DNA of 64,000 bases from Vicugna vicugna (lineage: Eukaryota), in assembly GCA_013265495.1 (NCBI GenBank), contig MU058418.1, positions 744,001-808,000 of the forward strand, in the 5' to 3' direction. The number at the start of each line of letters is the position of its first letter. Position 1 is the first letter of the stretch. Both the position numbers and the translations under genes were made by a program. Below are positions 1-12,785 of the stretch, piece by piece. Below the pieces are notes generated by a model, which ran no database searches, had not been told where the DNA came from, and worked only from the letters and a program-made list of their open reading frames with translations.

Positions 1-3000
1 ACTTGACCCTAGCAGATTTGGGCTGCTTCCAAGGAAACACGTGTAAGAGACAAACTTTTCTGAGTGTGCTTTTCCTTCCTCTGCTATCAGAGAACTTTTA
101 GGTCCTTTATTCTCTACTAGGTTCATGCCAAGCGACCTCTAAAAAAAGGGCAATAGAAAGAAAGGACCAGTCCACTATACCAGCACATATCTTTGGCCCT
201 CACACTGTCACACACATTGCACCCCAACCTGAATGTTTACCTTCAATTCCCTAGAGAGAGCTTATATTCACCTGGTCTCATTAACACAATGCAGAGTTGT
301 ACAGGTTCTCACTGCGGGACCAATTAACTATTTCCACCTCAGGCACCAACACAGCCCCACCACACAGTTTGCCCTCATTATTTATGCTAAATGTTTGCTA
401 TTAATTACATTACAAACACTCAGTACAGGGGTATTTTTTCACACTGTGGGTGGTGATCTCAGGCATTAGAGCCTGTTGAGTTTTGGTGTTTTTTTTTCCA
501 CTGTTTCTATGCTTTGTTTGTAATTTGTGCACCAAGATTTAAAGCTTTCTACAACTTTCCACCTGAAGCATTTTTCCAAATGAAGTTTTAAAAGTGTAAT
601 AATCAAAAACCCTTGAGCATCTTTTGACCTGAAAGGGGGCATTCTCATAGAAGGGGAAAGCACTGACGGCTATTGTATTGACCTGCAAATCTCACGGCAA
701 AGTCCCCCAGCATAGGATGCAATGGCAACAGCATGAACCAAATCAGTGACCACAGGTTTCTCAGGACTGAAAAATGATAGAATTCTATTCCCACAGTGGA
801 GTTCTTTACTGATCAATAAACCCAATGCTTCACAAAACATTTTTGAGTTATTCATTGTGGGAAAAATAGCATATCTTAAAAGCTAATTGTATGATCAAGC
901 CTTGACATCACCATAATTTCCCAATAGTGAGGGTGCTAAATCCTAAAGGACTGTGAAGGAAAGAGGTCAGCCTCTTTTCTGGAAGGTCCAAAGAATGAGA
1001 ATGATTTCTATTGACTTGTAATAGTTTAGAAACAGGCCCAAAGGAATTGATTACATAATGCAACCTCCAAATCCCGGCTTCAAAACAAAAAGCATGAACA
1101 CTCCAAAGTTGGTTTTCACCTTGGGTTTTTCTCTTCAATTCTTCCTTTCCAAAGCCCTGTCAAAATAGGATTCAAATCCTGAGGCCAGCCTCAGGCCACC
1201 TCAAAGACTGCATCCAAGGTTGCATTCACACATGGTCACTGTGAGTGTTAACATCAGCCGGGTGAGAGGGCTCAGGGCCTGGCTCCCGACAGCAGGGAAA
1301 AACACACTCCTTGGTGTTCAACCCTGGTTTTCTCATCAGAAGAGTGATGTCCCAGGATGACTTGTGAACAAATATGAAAGGGAACACAGAAATTTTTCCT
1401 TTAGTCCAAAAGAAAACGGCCCAAGGTCTGTGAGCTGACAGCCATATGCTACTGTTGACTATTACTGAAGCCTTTCAAACAGCACCAGGGGATTATAGGA
1501 GGCGAAATGATGGAAGGCAGGTGGACTAAGCTTACTGGAAGTCCTCACTGGAAGGGGGATAGAATAGGTCTCTCTTCTGAGTTTTATCTTGGTACCTCTT
1601 TGTCCAATGCCATTTTCCCTAGGCTGGACTGGGACCCAACCAGCATAACTTTTTGCTCTGCCCACATCAGCATTTGCTCCCAAATTAAAAGCCCATTTTC
1701 ACGAAAGGCTGCATGTTTCTTCAGGATGAATTTCAAGTCATTGTTTCTGTTTTGAAAGAATTATGGCTTTTGCTCTAGGATGGTCAGCACAGGGAGAGAA
1801 AAAGGGCAAAGGCTTTTGTTACCAAATATTCAGCTCCCAAAAGTTGAGTCACCATCACAGGGCTAACCAGACAACGCCACCACCTTTCAAAGCACAGCAT
1901 TGATGCTATTTTTCCCTGGCACATTAATTTTCTCACAGCAGCCAACTCCACTCCTCTGCTTCTGTATTGAATGCTTTATGGAGACAGAAAGGCCACCACT
2001 CCTCAGCCCAGTCCCTTCCTCAAAGGGCTCAAAGGAGTGCCAATCCTCCTTAAAAAGCAGCAACACCGGGACCAAGTTCCATCTATCTGATCAATAAATG
2101 CGGCTGCTGAAAAGGAAATGCATGTATGACTCCCCACAAATAAAAATTTACGGTAGACCATGTCTGAGTTGGTGAGAGAGTAAAGAGGAGTTTGTATGGT
2201 TTGGTGCCACCAGATTCTCTATAAAACACAACTGGTCAAACTGTAACAATAGCAACCCCTGGGAATCCGGTGTATGGATTTCAGAATACACTCCCATTAT
2301 GCCAAGGTGTCACACAGACTCAGTGGAATGAATTTTCAGTCTAATGCAAAGTCCATTCCTGTCCTAAAATGGTAGTCCACAAAGTAATCACTGCAAGAAG
2401 GAAGAGGTGTTTTATCTCCTCAGTGGTGGCCAAGTACCTCTTCTGATTGAAAAATGCTGGTTTATTCCAGAATGCACAAATCCTGCTGACTGCTCATCTC
2501 CAGCCCACTCTCCTAAAGGCAGGGATGTTCTAGACTGTGCCAGAAGGGCCAGTTTAACCTGGCAGGAAGCTTTGTCTCCAGCATCACGTCCTAGCCAGGT
2601 CTCTTGGCTGAGAGAAGCAACAGCCTACCAATGCCAATATCTGAAGAACCCAGAGGATGGAGAGAGAAATCTGACTTCTGAAGGAGTGATTTGCACCCAT
2701 CGCCACTTGACTTCCAGCCAGCCACTATGGCCAAAGAGTAGTGTCCCTCCTTAAGCTGCCTCCAAATGTCACCTACCAGCGACTAGCAACACAGGGGAGT
2801 AGGTGTGTTGGCAGTAGGGAGAAGGTGTTGTTGTGGAGCAGGCTGCTCTCAAATGCCCAGTACTCCTGTACCTCCTCAGATATTGATAGGTCAGAATAAA
2901 CCAAATTTCAAACAGCCTGTAAGCACGTCCAAACTGGCCTGCAGCTCCTTTCCTTCAAGCATCAATCTAAATGTTAGCATCTGACAATGCGGGTGAGAGT

Positions 3001-3123
3001 TTGCAGAAATATTAAGGAACGAACCCTTGCCAGAACTGAAACCGAGATGAATGCAGTAACAATGACAAACACTTAGAAACTCGTGGGCTTGCAGCCAAAC
3101 ACTCAAACTTGGTCTGTACGTAC

Positions 3124-3300
3124 CAACAAATGCAGGATTCGCCACAGCGATTTATAGCAGAGATTTATAGCAGAGACTAGCGTGTGGCGTTCTTGCAAAT
3201 AGAGGTTTGGGGAGAATAGGTAGAAAAGGAATACGACGAAAGAGACAGATTCAAACACAATCCAAACACTTTGAGCAGCGCTTTCAGCCTCAGAAATTTT
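3124..3300 (-). other. SCML4: Candidate non-coding first exon, probably SCML4 (5' boundary uncertain)
   Basis: CpG-containing unique sequence ending in donor TTG|gtacgt (3123-3118). SCML4 lies downstream of SEC63 on the same strand in mammals as I recall; no coding sequence is visible here. Confidence 0.45.
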
Positions 3301-3999
3301 ACCACAATTTGGGTGATCCTAATGGTCTCTGAACCACATTGGAAAATGTCACAATAGACGTTTGAATTAAAATCCAGTCGGTTTGCCAAAAGACCAATTG
3401 TTAAAAATTGGCAAGATTCCAGACAACTTACTAGGCTGCATACTGCCCGGGGCTGAGAGAATTGCTAATTCCAGAGAAAGTTAATTATCACCTTATTGAT
3501 AAAGGGGCAATTTTTAAAGCTTCTGGTGTGGCTTTTGTGACTCATTAATTAAAATTTAGAGTAATTTACTAGACACAGTGGTGGCTTCTGTTACATTATA
3601 TACGTACCAAACCATCTGATTTTTCTCCCAGGAGCTGTTTCTAATCCCCCTTGCCTCTCCTCACCTGTCTGCCTTTGAAGGCAACAAAAACATTAAAAAC
3701 GTGTAAACCTCAAACTAGCCTTTCGGGAGATTGCAAGATTAAGAAGTGAGATGTCCACGGAGGCATTTAAACAAAGCTCTCTCCTAGAAATGTCAGATTT
3801 GCCCACCGAAATTCAGAAGCACGTGTGCTCACACCGAAAGGGACTGCTTTCCAGACTTCATCTCCAAAATGTTACACCGAATTTTATGCCCTTTGATAAT
3901 TTGGTTGGAAAAGAGCCTTCCCTCACCTCCTTTCCCTTCTCTCCCACACCATCCCTGAATAAAAGCGTGAGACTCATTAGCACGGAATGAAACTGGAGG

Positions 4000-4250
4000 T
4001 GCTTGGACTCTGAAGCCCCGCGCCCGACCAGAGGCAATGTCTCCTGCTCTCTCCAGGATGTGTGGAGCGGGGTAAGCACGCCCGGGCCACCCGGCGTCAG
4101 AGTAATGCTGTGGCTTCCTAGGGGTACAGACTCGGAGAAGCCGCGTCCCCCCCGCCGCCGCCGCCGCCGCCGCCGAGCTCTGTCTGGACCGGGGAGCGAG
4201 TTCGCGCTCCTCCCCACCTCTGCCGGATCCCAGAATTGGCTCCAAGGTGT
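4000..4250. promoter_or_regulatory. Small CpG island / promoter-like region with (GCC)n tract
   Basis: High GC and CpG density; ccgccgccg... run at ~4152-4174. Confidence 0.7.
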
Positions 4251-6455
4251 CTTCAGGGGGAGTGAATGTGTGTGATGTGTCCTCCCGCCACCCCAAACTG
4301 TAAACAGACCTACAGAACACTCTAAAATTGAACTCCCTAAATGAACGTAAAGGTTATTTCTCTCTCAGCATTCCTAGTTTTGTGTTAAGGGAACTTCAGC
4401 AATGTTTCCTGAAACTTGTTGAAGTATTTAAGATCCAAAATTGAGATTGAAAAAAATACATAAAAGCCACCACAATGTGAGAGGTTTAACGCAATCTGCT
4501 TGTGATTTTTCACATCATTTAAAGCTTAAGATATTTTTTTAAATTCTATCTTTGTACTTTGGGCGATCGCGTGAATTTTTATAACAAGCAAACATTATTT
4601 CACACTTAAAAACTCATTACTTTTTTGAATCTTCAATATAAAGTTCTTACAGCAGGGGCAGTACCTGAGGTTGGCTTGTTCTCTAGCTGCTGGTCTGCTT
4701 GTCTTACTGATGCTGGAGAAGCCCCCACAACCCCAGCCCCCAGAAACCAAGAACCAGAAAGTGAAACCGCTTCTGCTGGTTTCACTTGCCTCGAAAACAC
4801 ACCACCAAAAGCAAATAAATGACGGAGAGCAATTTTCTCTTGTTTCTCTTATTGTTTTCTTTTCTTTCTATTATTGTTCATTTACTTGTTAGTTTTGTTG
4901 TTGTTGTTTTGGGGGGTAGGTTTTGGTAGCAAAATAAAAGTAATTTCAGTGGCACAGGGAAGAAATTTAAGCATGTTAAACATAAAAGAACCGGGTGTTT
5001 GTGAGATTTGCATTTTTCTTGTAATTCCACAAATCAAGCAGATATAAATTTACCAAAATATTATACAGCCTTACCATATATGCAATTTACAGAGTTGAAG
5101 AAAATAAAAGTATCTGTCACAAATGTACTTTAAAGATAAAGACTGTGAAGCCACCAAGCAACTTTCCTAAAACTGAAGGTTCTACACGTACACTTACTTG
5201 AGTGTAGATGATCACTATTGCTTTTCTAGGTAATCTTTACCGAGCTACTGTTGCTCAAATCCCCGGCCCATTTTTTCAAGCTAGTTCTACCAGACAACAC
5301 ACCAAAAAGTGCTTCACACGAACACTGCACTCCTACGTAGTTTACTTTTCCACACTGTAAATTCCTTCAGTTATTTTTATGCTTTCACTCCAAATATCCT
5401 ATTTTATTGGAAAAAAAAAGAGTCAAGAAAAACAAAAAAAGCAACTATGTTTTTCACTCTTCAAAAATGGTTCCTCTGGTTAAAAAGGAAGAAAAACAGT
5501 ATAACAGAGTATACAACAAACATCTGGATTCAGAAGTGCCTGGATTACTGTCTCAAATACCACAGTTTCTGAGACCAACCAAAAAGCCACTTTCTCAGGA
5601 AGCTACTAATTGTCTGACCATCCTGAGTACTGTCACAGCACCCAGAGACGACACCATGAGCCCCCTCTCCTTCACTGTTACAAAGGAGGGGAAAGAACTT
5701 TGACTTAGCACCTCAACCATCGGTCAAATGACTTTCTTGCAGCCGGTACCTCACTCTCATCCACTGTGCTGTCCTGTTTAGCAGGCAACCTGGAAAGGAA
5801 GCTTCATGACACTGGGTTCGAGTCATATAATGCCCACCTGGGAAGGAGGTGACTCTCTGTACTTGAACTTGGGAAAACTGCTCCTGATACTCCACAGTCA
5901 CCTGGGTATCTTTCCCAAAACTAAGACCAGCAACTAGCAATAAATAGTATTCTCATCTATCCTGGTAAATTAGGAAAAACGAGCACAGAGACACACAAAA
6001 TACTCCATCTGGTATATAAAAAATAAATTCAATTTAAAAAACCTCTCTTGCATGTTCACATCAATTGTAAAAATTAAATTTTAGGTAAATATTTTTACCC
6101 CAAGACATACTACAATTTTTTTTTAATTTAAAAAACGAAACAAAGCAAAGTGAAATCATTATGCTAAAAAAAAAAAAAGCTAACCAATTATTTGAGTTCA
6201 CATTTGGGGGAAAAAATAACTTTCTACATATTCAAATGCAGAGTCAAAGAGTAGCGTATGTACCCCAAATTGATAAACTATACAATTCTATACTACATCT
6301 CCCCGTCTAAGATCTGGTTAAGAAATCAAATGTTGTATTTTGAGTGGGAAGGACTAAAGTTTACCTGCCGGCCTCAGTGGATTTAATGCAGGACACTCAT
6401 GCATTGCTATAGAGATACATTTGCAGCCCAGAAACAGGTAACATGTCATGCTGAC

Positions 6456-6458
<3 letters not shown>

Positions 6459-6527
<69 letters not shown>
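6459..6527 (+). repeat. Pure poly(A) tract, 69 nt
   Basis: Counted directly. Confidence 0.95.
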
Positions 6528-6532
<5 letters not shown>

Positions 6533-6908
6533 CCATGTCAACGGCACACCCTCCAATTGTGCATCTCCCTTACCTACGGCTTGTTCACCAGAGCCTGATC
6601 AGGTTCTTTACCAGGCCGGGAATGTTGACTCAGAAGACAGATGACTTTCAGTACATGCAAACCGAGTATTGCAAAAGCTAATCTTCCACCCGTGTGTTAG
6701 TAGCTCACAGTTAGTCTCCAGCAGCCCTGCTCTCTGGCTGCAAACATCTCATTAGACTAATGCATTCAGCACAGGCAGAAAACTCGATTTACCATAGCTA
6801 CAGCAATGAATTTCCATTACGATGACAGCTTCAACCACATCATGTCCGGAAAACCAGCCAACCACTGGCTTTTAAAGAACACACACATTTTACATGCAGA
6901 AAACGAGG

Positions 6909-6940
6909 TGCGCGCGTGCGTGTGTGTGAGTGTGTGTGTG
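6909..6940. repeat. (CG)/(TG)n alternating purine-pyrimidine microsatellite
   Basis: tgcgcgcgtgcgtgtgtgtgagtgtgtgtgtg. Confidence 0.85.
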
Positions 6941-9139
6941 TTTCGTGTTTCCTTCCTCTCAGCAGCCCAACTAAGAGAAATGTGCAGTGTAGCTTTTTGC
7001 CGACGCGAGCTGCAAGGTAATGACATTTCTGCTTCTTTGGTAGTTACGTCCTTGTAATAACCTGAATTATGTCACAATTGTCAGAATGGGTGTTTCCAAC
7101 ATTTCGGTTTTCATTACCCCTTCTCTGTTGCCATAGAAACCAGACTGTAACATCATCTCTTTGTCCCAGTCCTGCAGCAGTGTGGGCCAGCACCGGGCTT
7201 ATAATATACTGGTGATCTGAAGGAGTGAATGTTTGACTTTGGACAAATAAAACAAAGAGAAATATTCTAATGGCATTGTTGTTCAGGACAGACTGTGTAT
7301 TTGCCAGAGCAGTGTGTCTATATGGGTAAGCACACCATGGTCATATGTATTGACTCAACAACTGCGTACAACACATGTGGTCAGTTCATTAAAACAGGGC
7401 CCTGAAGTGGGCCCCGCATCTGTGTGTAAGTGCAGAAGCATGAACACGGTTTACATTCGAAAACACTGTCGGGGCCTGCATGGGGTGGAATGGTCTTCAC
7501 ACGGGAAAGGGGCTGCTATTCATCCTCCACGCCCTATTGTGTTCTCTGTGGCAAATCAATTTATACTAGGAAAGAGACTTTGTCGTCTTCTTTTTGTAAA
7601 GTGGAGCAAGGCTCCCAATTGCCCATTTCATTCACCCCATTCTGGTATATTATTCCCAAGTATTTCCTACAAGAGGAAACATCCGTTTATCCGAAGACTT
7701 ACTCCTGGGGATGAGCAACAAGCAAGTTTAGCCAGAACTAAACATCAACCAGGGCTAATGTAACTTGGACAGTTACTGAGAGTGAAAAAAAAACTAAATT
7801 ACAACTTGAGGTTTTTCTGAATATATATACAGAGTCGCATGAGAAAGAAATAAGAAATCCCTCTCTTTGAATTATAAACACAGAGAAAAATTAAAATTTT
7901 TGAAATCAAAAATTAAATTGTACTTATTAAGCAAGAAGTAAATTCACTGTATTAGTTCATTTAATCATCTGATTTTGTTGTTTTGTATATAACAAAACAA
8001 AGGTAAGTTTGGTAGTTTTTCATTTTGCTCATTGACTATAAGTTGATTTCATTAAAGGAGGAGGAGGAAGAGGAGTGAGGGGGAGGTAGAGGAGGAGGAA
8101 ATAAAACAACGCAATGGATGATTTCAGTTTGGCCAGCATCTCTGTTGCAGCCACGGTGGTTGTACTGATGCCCGGGGCCTTGAACACAATCCCACACTTC
8201 ACTCAGCGAAGCACCTTGAGTGGGCTGAGATACTAGACCAGTCTTCACTTTAAAATGTTTCTTCAGATAAATCAAATAAATATTTCTTAAATAATCAAAA
8301 ATATTTTCCAAATTCTGTAAAAGAAGAAAAAGGTTTGGCAGGATCTGCCCCTAAATAAAGGAGTTGTTGGATTTCCTACCCAGCTCTGTCAGAGTCTGTG
8401 ATTCTGATACTCAGGGTCCACACTGCCTCACCTCCTCCCACATGCGCTATGGTGGTGGCCCATCCTTAAATCAGGTGTGTCTGGGATGCAGGCATTGGCA
8501 TCACAGGTCAATCACACAAGAGGCTTAAAATGGAAATGAACTAACCTGACTTGCTTAAAAAAAATAGATGATAGACAGATAATCTTACTAGGATTTCTTT
8601 CTTTATGCAATCAGGACTATGGGCCTTAAAAAACTAAATTCATGTTTTTAAAAATCCTCAATTTTTTTAATTCTAAGAAAAATTTAAGTTAAACATAAAA
8701 GAGAAAAGACATTTGGTGGGGTGGCTGCATACAAGCTACGGGGTCCGTTAAGGAAAAAGGGGGCCCTTCTGAGCTAATGTATCTCCAGGTCTTATACATC
8801 CCTGGGCTACAATCAGGAGGCTTAGGCTGTGCCACGTTGTTAATTTTCTTTGGCACTGTGGCTACATTTCTGTCTCAGACCACAGGCAGCACGCTCCACA
8901 CTTTCCACACAAATGCTACTGGGTTGGTGGTTAGCAAGAGGTGGCCAGAGGAAGCAGGTTAATTTGGGGGCATTCCAAACACAAACCTACTTAGAGTAGC
9001 CTCCATTTGAAGAGTAATCCCACTGTCAGCTGTTGGTAAAGAGTTGTGGTTTCAACACAAACATTAAGTGGAGAGAATTGTGTCCTGAACAAGAGAGTCA
9101 GTGCTACAGAAAAAAGAATCCTTGTTCTCATAATAAAAG

Positions 9140-9335
9140 CCAACATTTACTATGGAAATATTATATGCCAGCCCTTTTCATATGTGATCTCATTTACAAC
9201 AATGATATGAAATAAGTATTATGAGTATCATCCCCATTTTACAGATAAGGAAACTGAGACTTGGGGATGTTAAACAAGTTTCCCAAGGTCACACAGCTCA
9301 GAAGTGTTGGATGCAGGACTGACCCAGCAGTCTGT
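9140..9335 (-). mobile_element. MIR SINE
   Basis: Core ccccattttacagataaggaaactgagac...cccaaggtcacacagct. Confidence 0.85.
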
Positions 9336-10089
9336 CCCTAAAGACACAGTAATTAATTGTTTGGCCACAATGATTCCTGGCGCAGTCCATTGTTTCAGCT
9401 CTGCCATTAACCCAATGACATTGGTCAAATTACTCCCCTTCTATAATATGGGGAGTAGGGGACTAGATTATCTTTGAGATCTCTCATGGTCTTGACATTC
9501 TACTGTACAATGTACTGCTTCATCTGTTGGGCAATGCTTTGAATTGGAGGAAAACTCAGTTGTGGTTGTGGCTATGGCCACGAGTAAGGGGCCAAAAGAA
9601 CCCTCTTTTTCATTAGAATAAGACTGGCAAACTAAGCGCTTTGGACTGTCAATTTGGGATGAAGGCGTGTGTTGGGTGGTGGGGGGAGAGGAGGCAGGAG
9701 AGGGCAGGGAGAGCATGGAGAAAAAATAGGGAAGTTTTAAAGGCCAAGATTCCTTTCCTGAAGTGGAGAAAGGAGATCAGTCTCCCACACTTAAGAGGCC
9801 CCATGATGTTGCTTTCACATCATTCAACACAGGCTCTTCTCTAAATGTTCCTGAAAGTTTGAGAAGTTTCAGGGTTATGGAAGGTATGAGGCTTATGATC
9901 ACATTTTGCCAGCAGGGAAATCAAGGCAGCTCATGGTTAACCTGATTAGTCAGACAAGAAAGGTAAACAATCAGTAGACCCAGACCTCCTCCCCAGCCAG
10001 CCACTTCTTCAACCCAAAGCCCTGCCCTCCACAGGGACAGATCTTAGTTTAAACTACACAAGCAGCGATCTTTCCAAATTAAAAGCAAA

Positions 10090-10440
10090 ACTGTTCTTTG
10101 GAGTGAAGACAAACAGGAAACATCCTCGATAGCCAATAAAAAGAGATTATTTAAGTTAATGTATCATATATCCACACTATAGAATATACAAAGTAACCAC
10201 GGAAAAGGATGCTATAGAAGACCAAGACATGAAAAAAATGTTCTCAATATATAGTTGATTAAAAAAAAATGCAGGTTACAAAAGAATATGCAGAATACAC
10301 TCTTCTTTTGGGAAAAAAATGATTCACAAAAATACTGAAGCTATGGTAACAGTGATGATCCCTTGGTGATAGAATTATGAGTAATTTCTATCTTCTTAAG
10401 CTTTCTTTATATTTTCTGCTTTCTGTGATAATAACAAATT
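10090..10440 (+). mobile_element. Old L1 (L1ME-like) 3' fragment
   Basis: Degenerate L1 3' UTR-like motifs (atccacactatagaatat..., aaaatgcaggttacaaaag). Confidence 0.5.
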
Positions 10441-12254
10441 ATGTGAATTAATTGGTGACAATTTTTCCTCATATCTACAAATATATCTGCTTATAATTCT
10501 CACAAATCTTAAGTGTCAAATTTCTTTTTCATCAATGAAATAAAAATAAATCCTTTGCCTGATGGTTGTAGGCTACATTCAGCCACAGCCTTAGCCAGTG
10601 CTTCAAACTTGAAGACTACCCCTCAACTCGCTCGAGTCACCCTGGGCTTCACAATCACCTAATATCTTTGAGCCCACACAGCGCACTCAGCACAACTAAC
10701 ACAAACAGGGGACAGACTCCCCATTCTTCCATACCCAAGAGCTCCCACAGTCTGTGGGGTCCTTTCAGACTTGATAAAACTCAGTCTTGTTTTAGTAAAG
10801 CCATGTGCTAAAGACACAGGGGGTTGAGGAGAGGGGAAGGTGATCGAATGAAGTGGAAATCACTCCCATCCAAGGAAAAAGTGACTCATTCAAATTCTCC
10901 TGGGCCTAAAACATGGTTCCTTTCAAATGAGGCCTCCTGTCTTTGTGGCTCTGGGCCTGTGGCCCTGGCTGATATTCAGGGATTGACTGAGTGGAAATAT
11001 TTGTCTCAAGGTCTGGCAGTTCTGGTGGTAGCTAGCCCGGAGACCCTCATCCCAGGGGCAGTGTCTGGTAACAGGGTTGGTACAGTGAGGGCATGTGCTG
11101 ACAGCCAGAACAGCTGAAGGGGACAGCAGACAGGCCTTTTTCTTTGGTCACTAGGCTGCAGAGTCCAAGCTGCCAGGAAATCAGTCTTGCCCTCCACTGA
11201 ATTCCCAACATGTATCTGGTCTGTAGTAGGAAATCAACAAATAATTATTGCCTAATGAACAAAAGAAACTAGGGGTTAAAGAAGTGATCTAATCTTAATC
11301 AACATTAGTACAGGCCTTTAGACCTGATTCCTTTTCTCCAAAAATGTGATTGACTTTGAATATCTGTCATTAGAAAAAAAAAATCCTAATTTGTTAAAAC
11401 TGCAAGGATGACTTCCATTTCCTAAATCCCTCCTCCTTTATGCTCTTAAAAATGCTAACCCCTTGAGATTACTTCTGCACTGAGCCATGTTTGTTTGAAA
11501 CCGATAAATTTTTATTCAAAATTCATACAGGTGAAAAAAAAATTCATACAGGTGAACTCCAAGCACTTTTGGCTATTCGCTAGGTTTCCTTTCACCTCCT
11601 AAAATATTTTCCCCAAGGTAAATATGAGAAATCAACCTTGGAGTGCTGAGAAGCTCCTAGAATTGGAGAAGCTGAGCCTCAGCCAGGATTGTATGTGCAC
11701 TCCAAAGAGATAGAAAAAGAGACTTCAAATAAAGTAAGGAGTGTATGCAATTTAGTTGCTAATAGTTACTGCTTCTGGGCCCATCATGTACAGAAAGATG
11801 TGTGTGTGTGTGTACGTGTGTGTAAAGTAGGAAGGACATAGCAGGGGCCCACTTAAGAGAAACTCTGCATTTTAAAAACATCATTTAGAGAATAGCCTGT
11901 TGGAGGTTGCCTGCAGCTTCAGTTTGTAGAATCAATTCACTGATCACCTGAAGCTCCTTCCCCCTTTATATGAGGGGAGATCTCCAAGATGGGCCCTTTA
12001 GTTACCAAAAGGCAAGAATACAACCATTGTCCTTGAAACAGAAGTTGAATCTGAAAGCAGATAATATAGTCTGAAAGTTTCCAATGTCTTTATATTAAAA
12101 AGCAGCTGGATGGTGAACAAAATGCAACTGGTTGGTGAATTCTCTATAAGGATAACCAACTTTTGTGTGGGTCATGTCTTTGATAAGCCAACCCCAGTTA
12201 GAAGCTGAACCCAGAAAACTGGCTCTGGGGCCAAGAGGAAGGAAGAGGGAAGTA

Positions 12255-12785
12255 AGGTTGCAAGCAGAAGTAAAAATAAGTCAGACTGGCTTAAAAATAA
12301 ACAGCATTCACTGGCAGAGAGTTCAGTGAGCTTTAGGTGATGCTGACCTAACTCATGATATGACCAAAGAGCTGGTCTCAATCATCCTATGCCTGGCTTC
12401 CCTCATGGTCACAATATTGCTGCCGCTTGCTTCCAGGCCACCTACTTCCCCATTCACATTCAACACAGGGGACAACTTCTCCAAGTACTTTCCACAGAGG
12501 AGCTAGGAAGCTTCTTTCCTAGAGCATCCTGCCAACATCCCTCCATCTCATTGGATGGAACTGGGCCACGCCCCATCCCTGAACCAATGACAGCCGCTGG
12601 CATATGCTGATGGGCTTAAATCCACCTTTGGAGCCGGTGGAGGTGGGACTATGCTTTTCCCCAGGCACAGGAGCTGCCTGGGGAGGGCTGGATATCTGAA
12701 TAATTGTGGTGCTCTTGGCAAAAAGGAAAAGGAATGAGTGCTAAAGGGCCATAATCAGCAAGAAGCAATTGACTAGTAGAAGGTA
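12255..12785 (-). mobile_element. MLT1 (K/L-like) MaLR LTR
   Basis: ggttgcaagc...actggcttaaa and ctcattgg...gggccacgccccatccctgaaccaat motifs. Confidence 0.6.

Noticed and set aside
3829..4320. Overlapping ORFs with poly-Arg/poly-Ala
   Set aside because: Result of stop-poor GC-rich island DNA and the GCC repeat.
6354..6681. Poly-Lys and poly-Phe ORFs
   Set aside because: Translations of the A69 homopolymer.
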